Origin: the human T2T-CHM13v2.0 reference genome, Homo sapiens
Direction: 5' to 3' (one strand)
DNA: 64,000 bases
NCBI RefSeq assembly: GCF_009914755.1
Contig: NC_060937.1
The position numbers and the translations under genes were made by a program. Below the pieces are notes generated by a model. That model saw nothing but the letters and a program-made list of their open reading frames with translations, ran no database searches and was not told where the DNA came from. This document shows positions 53,925 through 64,000 of this stretch, one piece after another. How positions within the stretch are numbered: the first letter of the stretch is position 1; every line of letters begins with the position of its first letter.

Positions 53925-55194
53925 AATTCACCACCATCAAGTAGGCTTTATTCCTGGGATGCAAGGCTGGTTCAACATACACAAATCAATAAATGTGATT
54001 CAACCCAAAAACAGAATTTAAAACAAAAACCATAGGATTATCTTAATAGATGCAGCAAAAGCTCTTGACAAAATCCAACATCCTTTCATGATTGAAATCC
54101 TCAACAAACTAGACATCAAAGGAACACACCTCAAAATAGTAAGAGCTATCTATAACAAACTCATAACCAACATCATGCTGAATAGGCAAAAGCTGGAACT
54201 ATTCACCTTGAGGACTGGAACAAGACAAGGATGCCCACTCTCACCACTCCTATACAGCATAGTACTGGAAGTCCTGGCCAGAGCAATCAGGCAGGAAAAA
54301 AAATAAAAGGCATCCAAATAGGAAAAGAAGAAGTCAAACAATCTCTCTTCATGAACAATATGATTCTATACCTAGAAAACCCGAAATACTCCACCAAAAG
54401 GCTCCTGGAACTGATAAATGCCTTCAGGAAAGTTTCAAGATACAAAATTAGTAGCATTTCTATACACCAATAAAGTTCTAACTGACAGTCAAATCAAAAC
54501 GCAATCACATTTACAATAGCAAAACACACACAAAATGAAATACCTAGGGCTGCATCTAGCCAAGGATGTGAAAGATCTCTACAAGGAGAACTACAAAACA
54601 CTGTTGAAAGAAAATCGAAGATGACACAAATAAATGGAAAAACATTCCATGCTCATGGATTGGAAGAATCAATATCATTAAAATGCCCATACTGCCCAAA
54701 GCAATGTATAGAGTCAATGTTATTCCTACCAAGCTGTCATCATCATTTTTCACAGAATTAGGAAAAAAACTATCTTAAAATTTATATAGAAACAAAAGAG
54801 AGCCCAAATAGCCAAAGCAATCCTTAGCAAAAGGAACAAAGCTGGAGGCATTATGTCACCTGACTTCAAAGTATACTACAGTGCTCCAGTAACCAAAACA
54901 GCATGGTACTGGCACAAAAACAGAAACATAGACCAAAAGAACAGAATTGAGAGCCGAGAAGTAATGCCACACATCTACAATCATCTGATCTTTGCCAAAG
55001 TTGACAAAAATAGGCAATCAGGAAAGGACTTCCTATTCAATAAATGATGCTAGAATAACTGACTAGCCATATGCAGAATATTGAAACTGGATCCCTTATA
55101 CCATATAAGAAAATCAACACAAGATGAAATTAAAGACTTAAATATAAAACCTAAAACTATAAAAACCCTGGAGGATAACCTAGGAATTACCATT
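53925..55194 (+). mobile_element. L1PB/old L1PA ORF2 fragment (RT region), no 3' end
   Basis: ORFs 54088-54306 ([12 protein letters not shown]) and 54853-55047 match ORF2p; disrupted. Confidence 0.93.
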
Positions 55195-55199
55195 TGATA

Positions 55200-55780
55200 G
55201 AACTGTATACCATTTCAAATTTTAGAAGATATAAACACATTATCAAACACCCTATTTTAATTAAAATGTATAGGACTATTAATAACTGCAGAATACACAT
55301 TGTTTATGTACATAAGATATTCAATATAGTCCTATGCCAGAGCATAACAAATGTCTAAATATTATTTAAAATACTTTAATCTTACTTAATATGTTATTTG
55401 ACCACAGCAGGATTTTGATAGCTTTCATGGATATACAGCTCTGAGTATACTAAAATCAAACAAAAACAACACTGAATTCTACACTTCCAGCATACAAGAG
55501 TAAACTTTATGGTATGTGAATGTACCTCATTAAAGCTGTTATGAAACATGTCAATGACAGTAAGATAATCAGAAAAGCTGAACATATTTGGTAACTTAAC
55601 AAAATTCTATTAAATAATTCACAGGTCAAGATGAAATAACAATATAATTTAGGAAATATTCAAACTGAATGAGAGAACACAACCTATCAAAATGTATGAG
55701 ATGCAGCTAACCCAGTGCATATGAGGAAATATATAGTTTTAAATACTTATACAGTATAAGAAAAGAAGAAAGAGAAAGTA
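55200..55780 (+). mobile_element. Old L1M ORF2 relics
   Basis: aataactgcagaatacacatt; aacctatcaaaatgtatgagatgcagctaa. Confidence 0.6.
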
Positions 55781-56589
55781 AATGGTTTACAGCAATGAGG
55801 AACAGAGAAACAGTGCTGTCACTGGAAAGAAATGTGTTACCAAGCGGTGGAGTACTGAAGAATATTTGACACTCAGCGGGTATTATTTTGAAACACTCTC
55901 CCTTCTTCTACAAAATAATTTATTTTCAGTAATAATGAAGTGAAACAAATAATAATGTTGAGGCTATAATTACAAAAAAAGGTCTCTAAGAAAAATTTGT
56001 ATCTAACACCATAACTAAATACATAAATAAGTAAACATTATAGTACAAAAAGGTTGGGGGAAATAATGAATTAATGTTCTTTAATCATTGTAATCAATTT
56101 TTCAAGAAAAAAGCAGATAAAGAAAGGCTTATGCAAGGCTTAAAAATGATTTGTACATAACATAGAAGGACAGAATTTATGTAACTCAAGTTCTGTTTTT
56201 CATGTTTACAATCACTTTCCTCTCATTGTTCATTTTGAATCTCCTGTTTAAACTCAGGGATATATCAGAGCACTGGGGTATGAAAAGAGAATTTCACCTG
56301 AAGCAAGCTCAAACAATGCCAAACTTTTATTTATTAATCCTCAGAATCAATATGTGTACCTGAGTTCTCATGTGTCTGGTAAAGAATGTATAACTAGAAT
56401 TTTAGAAATTCACTTCCATGTAAATACAATGTTTGTTAAGGAAAAGTTATAGATATTTTCATTTCTACCACACATACACATATATATTAGATAACATATA
56501 CATAATATTATATTATACAATCCTACATTATAGTATTAAAATTCCACAATAACCAGAACAATTGTTTAAAACTTATGTCACAAAAATGT

Positions 56590-56621
<32 letters not shown>
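56590..56621. repeat. (TTG)~10 microsatellite
   Basis: Direct reading. Confidence 0.97.
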
Positions 56622-57141
56622 GGGGAAGAACATTTTCTCACTGACCTTGATTAAAATCACCAGGACATGACAATTACAATAAATAATGAGTTTTACTTGT
56701 TTTTATTACGTTTTTAAAAATTGCCTATGCACAATCACCTCCTAATGCTGTATGAGCTCTGAACGGACCACTTCCACAGTTCCACCTTAGGTACACCACC
56801 ATGGTCAAGGGAAGGCTTTTAAATTTTGTTTTAAGTTGGTGTGTCAATGTTTTAACGTTTTACGATGTGTGCCCAATAGGGGTGATCCAGCATATAAGGA
56901 GAAAATTCACAATCTAAGAAAGTAGAAAGGCTTGGGTATACTTCTGGGTAGGTAAGAGGGTGTGTGATCTTATGCTCAAGAGGAGAGTCTGGCTTTAAAT
57001 GATTACTCTGAGATTTAATCTATCTACAAGAGTGAAAGCAAAATGCATGGGCATACGGGGAAATGGGAGTTGGGTAGATATTGCTGTCTGGCAACCTTCA
57101 TGCAGTTGGTTAGTTTTCCTGTCAGATATTCATAATGATAA

Positions 57142-57454
<313 letters not shown>

Positions 57455-57544
57455 CCATTGATTTTTAAAACCAAAATGAGACCTTGTTTTATCAGCATAT
57501 AATCCCCAAACCTTTTAATTCATCATACAGTAAGTGATCTAAAA

Positions 57545-57760
57545 ATTTTGAATGCCTACTATAAGCCAGACATTTTGCAGGGTGATTTACGTATGTTATA
57601 TCTTTTAATCCTCAGTACAACCCTGAGGTGTGATTTATGCCATTTCTCATATAAAGAAACTGAGGCTTAGAGAAAATAAGGAGCTTATCAGAGTCCAAAC
57701 TGTTAGTAAATGTGGCTCTTGGCCTCTGAACCTGTTATTTCTGACTCTAAAGCCTGTGCA
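57545..57760 (-). mobile_element. MIR
   Basis: tttaatcctcagtacaaccctgagg...aaactgaggcttagaga...tctgactctaaagcctgtgc. Confidence 0.85.
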
Positions 57761-58748
57761 ATGCATAACTCATAATAATTTTTTTCCTATACATCTATAT
57801 TCATAATTTAATTCTTTCACTTTCCTTGGGCTCATGTGATAATCAAATCGAAACAAATCACTAGGTGCTAACAATACAAACTTAGTTATGTTCTGACTCA
57901 TGCAGTTAAACTTTTGTGTGGTTTGGACCACATGAGGATAAAGTTGGGACAGAAATAAAAATAAATAATAGTATAGGCAGTTAATAAACCTTCAACAAAT
58001 CTTCTAAGGAGAGTCAGAAATGATTATGAGTGTTATCATTACTTAGAAAGTCTTCTGCTCAATCTAATTAAATGTTCAACAACAAGGGGATTTTTGTTAA
58101 TTGTTTAACTTTTCTTTGTTTTAAGGAAAAGAACATTTATCTGAATTTATAATTTTAAAAATGTATGCTTGTGAAATCTTCAGTTCTAGGGAATATCTCT
58201 GGCTCAGAAGTTGAAAAACACTGAAGAAATTACAAATGTCTGTTGACCAATGTCCCTGTATTGCCTGTATTTTCCTGGAATTAGAGGTGCAAATGATAAC
58301 AGGACTTATATTTCATAAAATTGCATAATACTTTGGAATGAGTATTATTTATATTTGTAAGATGCTTTTCTTCATGTAATTGACAACATTGTGATTAGGA
58401 TGAACCTTTTTCTTTGAATAAGTAGAGCCTAACATATTTATTAGAAAAAATATCTCTTTTCTGTTTTTCCTGTTCACAAGTTTAAACTAAGCAAATTTAT
58501 GTTTACATTTTCTGTATCTTTCTACTATCTAAAGATATACTATTACCTCCAAAATTTTACATACAGTTGTATAAAATTGCTTTGCATATCATACTAATTG
58601 TTATTAATTTAATTATAGGGTTTATTTACCAAATTAGATCATCACTATTTTTTGCAAGGTCTTCACTGTTCCTCACTTACATAATATTTTCTCCTTTCTT
58701 ATTTTCAATGCATTGTTCAAAGGGTATAAATGTATCATACAATGGTAG

Positions 58749-60677
58749 TGTCGTGGGATCCCTGGGGTGTCCCTCTTCCAGCCAGAAGCCTCTGCAGCTG
58801 ATGGCGCCTTTGCCCAAGTTTTGCTCTGGCCTGCTGGTCTTGTTCTGCCTACTCGGCCTGACAGGCTGTGCTCCGCTCGTTCTATCAACCTGGATCCCAG
58901 GCCTGCCAAGGGCGTGGAGTGGCAGGGGTGCATGAGTGAATAAGTGTGGGGTTCGGCCACTGCACATAGCCAGGTACTCCAGATGCTGCAGTGGGGCGGG
59001 CAGCTCCAGGCGTCAGCGCAGGCACCAGCTCGGTGTGAGGCTGTGGCTGGACCAGGCATACCGCAAGCAGCTTCCACTGTGGGCTCCAGGGAACACGGTG
59101 GCACCCAGAAGCTTGGAGACAGCGGGAACCGCAGCGCTTCAAAGAGGGTGTCACCGCCCTGGCTCGGGGAGCCCTTAAGTCTGGGCTCTCTGAAGGGCTG
59201 CAGCTCTTCTCTCCTTTTCATCGCTTGCAATATGGCAAGCTGGAAGGCGTGTTTCAGCCCTGTGTGTGTTACAGCTGGTTCAGTTCCTCCATTCAGCAGG
59301 TCCCAAATTCTTGCCCAGGAAGAACGAGGTACACAGACAACTAGAGAGTGAGCAAGACGAAGAGGTGCCTTACTGAACAACAGTATAGCTCTCAGGAAAT
59401 TCGGAGTGGGTAGCTATCTGCAGGCAGGTCGTCCCACCGAGTGTGCAGCCAGCCCTCAGCAGAGAGGAGATCTGGAGTAAGTAGCTCCTATCTGCAGGCA
59501 GGTCGTGCTGTCCACCCAAGTCTGGCTGAGTCCAGGGTTTTTGTTTTGTTTTACTTTAAGTTCTGCGATACATGTGCAGATTTGTTACATAGGTATACAT
59601 GTGCCATGGTGGCTTGCTGCACCTATCAACCTGTCATCTAGGTTTTAAGCCCCGCATGCGTTAGGTGTTTGTCCTAATGCACTCCCTCTGCTTGTCTCCC
59701 ACCCCCTGACAAGACCCAGCGTGTGTTGTTCCACTCCCTGTGTCCATGTGTTCTCATTGTTCAACTCCCACTTATGAGTGAGAACATGCGGCGTTTGGTT
59801 TTCTGTTCCAGTGTTAGTTTGCTGAGGATGATGGCTTCCAACTTCATCCATGTCCCTGCAAAGGAGATGATCTTATTCTCTTTTATGGCTGCATAGTATT
59901 CCATGGGAGCCCATGGATTTCATGTGCTTCAGAAGGGAGGAAGTGTGTGCTGATTGATCCATGAGCAGCCATGGCAGCCCAGAAAAAGTACCATAAGTTC
60001 TCTCCCTGGGCCGCAAACTCCACCCATAACTGACAGCCAGCCCCTGTGCTTCAGGTGATCCCCAGCTTGAAGGCGGGATTTCATGGGGGACCTACCTTTT
60101 TCTGCCCAAGGGCCTGTCTGCCTCTTGCTGCCATCAATCTGCCATCCACAGTGCCCACACCACCCAGGCTGTTCATGCTGAGGGGCGTCTGCAGGCCCAT
60201 GCTGAGCCACCCTCAGCCCTCCCTCAGTCTCCCTCACATGCTCATCGGCACCCAAAGTTCAGAGGGGGCTGAGGCGGCAGGGTGCTGGCATGTCAGCGCT
60301 GCCCTGAGCGTGTGCACACCTGGTCCAGTGGCAACAGTGCTTGGACTCAATCTCAACTTTGCTCCAAAATAGAAGTGGAAGCTGGGAGCAGGGGAATGTC
60401 AGGCAGCAGGAGCAGGCACTTCTGAGACTGCAGGGGCAAGGGTCTTCCGGAGCCCCTGAGAGTTCAGGATGCCTGGGTCTGCAGCCATGGCTGGGTGACT
60501 GCAGCCGCGACCAGAAGTGCAGGGTTCCTGCCCTACCAACTCGGAAGGGGGCGGGGCTCCCACTTGTTCCCATCTCCCACCCGCTTGGTTCCCTGGAGTG
60601 CACAGCCCCGGCCACGCCTCTCCCACTGCAGGGGCGTCTTCTCAGTGGCTGCTCCAGATGGGCCTGCGCTGGCGTCA
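58749..60677 (-). mobile_element. MER52 (ERV1) solo LTR, GC-rich, full length
   Basis: tgtcgtgggatccctggggtgtc...gcgctggcgtca with 4-bp TSD gtag (58745-48, 60678-81). Confidence 0.88.
59540..59906 (-). mobile_element. L1PA8-like 3' end nested in MER52
   Basis: ttttactttaagttctg...cctatcaacctgtcatctaggttttaagccccgcatgc...ggctgcatagtattccatgg; diverged TSD gagtccagggttt/gagcccatggattt. Confidence 0.93.
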
Positions 60678-61134
60678 GTAGGTAGCAAGTTCAAATTATT
60701 TTATTAAAATACGTAATTTACATCCCCAGTAGGCCATGCCACTGAAGAGAAGTTATGGAGATGGAAGTAATGTTACTGGAGCCTCTGGTAGAGACTAAAA
60801 AAATAGCCTTACCTTCCTATACATCCCCTCATCAGTATGTGTTAGTCCCTGCAAAGAGTAAAAAACACCTCAGGCATCTGGGCAAATGTGCTGAAATAGT
60901 CCAACTCGAAGATATATCATAATTTTACCTCACTGTTTCCTCGATAAATAAGTGTGCGTTGTCTTTAAGACTGCTCACTGCTAGATTTTCAGAATCTTTG
61001 ACTCCCTCTGATGAATTATATGACAGCAACCTGCAAAGATACTGTGAGTGTTTTCATTGACTTGTTTTTAACAGTGTGTTTCTTAAAATACCGCGGACTT
61101 TGGAAATCCACAAGATGTATAGTGAATTCCCAAC

Positions 61135-61330
61135 TGTATCAAGTACTAATGTTGAGACTCTGAACAAATTATTTAATCCATTTGAGCTTCGGAGTTCTCA
61201 TCTTTTAAAAATGGAAAATAATTTCTACCATATACTAATATAAGAGGGATTAAGTGAAAGGATGTATTAATATAAAGAAGTCTTAGCACAGACTTTAACA
61301 CAAAATAAGTGCAAACATGATATGTAGTAT
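61135..61330 (+). mobile_element. MIR
   Basis: gactctgaacaaattatttaa...ttctcatcttttaaaaatggaaaataat...cttagcacag. Confidence 0.75.
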
Positions 61331-61681
61331 TATTGTGAACTTCTCTGGGTATGATTCTAGATACTGATAGAAAGCTAAATTATTTATTTTCTATTAAATA
61401 CACATCATTGAAAAAAGGTTAGAATAAATTAAAATGTAAGACTATTTTCTCAAATACAAATATGTTTTATTCTACTTTACATGGATCTACTCCAACTTGA
61501 AACTTTACATTTTGTATAAAACTTTTTTGTTAAATCATATAACTTTAATATTAACAAATTTATGTTATACTAGATGACAATAACATTTTCTTTGAACTTA
61601 CATAATGCTTAGCCTCTAAAAATTATTAGCTAAAATGTTTGCCTACTTTGATTATAAACATATAGATTTTTCTCTATTGAT

Positions 61682-62102
61682 TGTAACATGTGTATTCCTT
61701 TTATTTCATCCTTTGGAAAAAACGACCTCAACTAGAGGCCTCAGGTTTACAGACCAACCCCCACACTTGACAGGAAGGACTTAAGAAACTACAGGTCAGC
61801 TTTCATGGACTCAACATCAAATCACTCCTGCTGCTGTTAGATCCCAACTACCCACTGTCCCCAAACAGGACATACATCTTGTACTAAAAACATCTATACT
61901 TTTGATTGAGAGTTTGATAAGTGGATTTTGGCCTTAATTCACAATGCCTGGGTTCCTGTCTTGGCCGCATGCTAAGTACACTAGTCCTGAGGCTTGGTGC
62001 TCTATTTGGTTCTCACACTCTCCTTTCTAAAGACTAAAATATATTCCTGAATATCAGCCCTGGGCCTGGAGACTCACTTCTGGCACATATCCTCAATGTT
62101 AC
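61682..62102 (+). mobile_element. Possible old ERVL-type solo LTR
   Basis: tgtaac...gttac ends and LTR-like composition; family not determined. Confidence 0.3.
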
Positions 62103-63099
62103 TTGCTATTTGGAAACTAAATAGATTTGTCTCTTTGTATCCTGGGATTATTATGGCTACTCTTAGGACCATCCTATCACTGATGTTATATCCTGACGAA
62201 TCTAAATACAAGCCTTCTTCTTTGAAAACATGCTGGTAGTAATGGAGACTCCTGTTATCTGGCTCTTTCCTCTACCTTTCTCCAACTGCACATGCTAGTT
62301 GCCTTGTGCCCTGTGGGGGTCCATCTTTCTCCTATTTTACTCTCTATCCTCATAGCATGCTCATCTAGGTCCAAACATGTGAACTGTTTTTATTTTTTTT
62401 TAATTTGTTTTATACAAGTCAGACAGGTTAAACAATTTGTTTTCTGTTTCACAGACTGTCTTAAATTAGACACTTGTTTTCATTTACCATAGTGCCTAGT
62501 ATGTAAAATGCACTGCAGGGAATATAGGGTTGGATAACTGTCACAAAAAAGATGCCTGTACTAACTTTGAGAACAGAAAGGAGAGCGAGTTTCTTCCAAA
62601 TGTGATTGAGAGTAAGAAAAGAACTAGACTATGCCTTTTATAAGAAGAGGGGACTGCTGTATTTTTATTTGAATTATCTTCCAAGCACCTTACAAAGGCT
62701 TGGAAATATTTTAGCTGAATAGTGAAAGAACAAAATCTTTGTGGAAATGGTGGCTTTAGTCTAGTGCTGAAGGCCAGGTTAGATTTATTCACATGGGCTT
62801 ATTCTACTAGGTGGAAAAAATACTGTAAACGAAAATAGAAAATTCAGCAAACATGTTCAGAACACTGAGAGGTCTCATGTGGTCCACCTAACTTTCAGTT
62901 ACCTGAAGAGTTTCAGAGGCACAGCAGGTTGAAGGGTTTCAGTTAAGAAAGAATGTAGTTAAGCATTAAACCTAGAGATACCAATTTAGGAGATTCCATG
63001 GAGGTAAGTTTTAAAGCAGAAGTTGCCTATTTGCTCAGAGCAGAGGAGAGAAAATTCAGGAATAAACTTTGGGAAATAGATATGTTTAGAAAATGATAT

Positions 63100-63652
63100 T
63101 GCTACAGGAAAGTGGTCCTGATCCCGACCCCAAGAGAGAGTTCTAGGATGTCGTGCAAGAAAGAATTCAGGGTGAGTCCACAGAGTAAAGTGAACGTAAG
63201 TTTATTAAGAAAGTAGAGGAATAAAAGAATGGCTACTCCACAGACAGAGCAGCCCTAGGGCTGCCGGTTGCCTATTTTTATGATTATTTCTTGATTTTAT
63301 GCTAAACAAGGGGTGGATTATTTACATCTCCACTTTTTAGACCACATAAGGTAACTTCCTGACATTGCCATGGCATTTGTAAACTGCCAAGGCACTGGTG
63401 GGAGTGTAGCAGCGAGGACGACCAGAAGTCACTCTCAGAGTCATCTTGGTTTTGGTGGGTTTTAGCCGGCTTCTTTACTGCAACTTGTTTTATCAGCAAG
63501 GTCTTCATGACCTATATCTTGTGTTGACCTCTTATCTCATCCTGGGACTTAGAATACTTTAACCATCTGGGAATGCAGCCTAGTAGGTTTTAGCCTCATT
63601 TACCTCAGCTCCTGTTTAAGATGGAGTTGCTCTGGTTCACATGCCTCTGACA
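63100..63652 (-). mobile_element. MER41 (A-size, 553 bp) solo LTR
   Basis: tgctacaggaaagtggtcctgatcccgaccccaagagag...ggttcacatgcctctgaca; 4-bp TSD atat. Confidence 0.93.
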
Positions 63653-64000
63653 ATATAAGAAATATAATTCTTAAAAAATAGAATTATAGACTCTTGGATA
63701 GGGTAGGTTTCTCAAAGTATCCTTCCTACGTTAGGATATTAAGAAGAGACTAAGGGAGTGCCGACAGAATATGAACTCACAATGAAGAAGAAAAAGGAAG
63801 GAATTAGAAATTTAGGAGAGAGAATGAGATATTGTAATAACACAGGAGTGAATGCAAAAGGGGGTTTCAATGAGAGCTTTGAAACATCATTAAATAAAAT
63901 AGAAAAATGTGAAATCCTTTGGGCCCTGATACTCACATGGGCATTTGTTGTCTTTAAAAAACCACTTTCATCAGGGTGACACGCTGGAAGGTGTATTGGA

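Noticed and set aside
58673-59380. Longest ORF (235 aa) and overlapping ORFs to 60707
   Set aside because: Entirely inside the GC-rich MER52 LTR; open frames on both strands reflect low stop frequency and show no domain features

Overview
Primate genomic DNA (catarrhine/hominoid, probably human; AluJ/S and L1PA2/3-L1PA8 copies present). It is AT-rich and repeat-dense. I found no intact protein-coding gene, RNA gene or CRISPR array; the listed ORFs are mostly Alu, L1, LTR or low-complexity artefacts. Content: 5'-truncated L1PA7, a long old L1M, an L1PB-like fragment, about a dozen Alus, many L2/MIR relics, DNA transposons (MER20, MER5, MER63, MER2, MADE1), solo LTRs (MST, MLT1, MLT2, LTR16, MER34-like, MER90-like, MER52, MER41) and a decayed ERVL provirus (LTR40-type) with nested insertions. 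Main points: (1) a ~2.5 kb repeat-free minus-strand block (~15953->13437) reads as a heavily decayed ORF. By eye it has motifs resembling up to three tandem GT-A nucleotide-diphospho-sugar transferase (DUF273/GT34-like) domains, making it a candidate unannotated unitary pseudogene. (2) A template-switch inversion in an MSTA/L2 junction leaves a perfect 46-bp inverted duplication. (3) A tiny twin-primed L1PA2/3 has a 15-bp TSD. (4) The L1PA7 carries a fold-back templated insertion. Repeat subfamily names come from recalled consensus sequences, and boundaries of old repeats are approximate.
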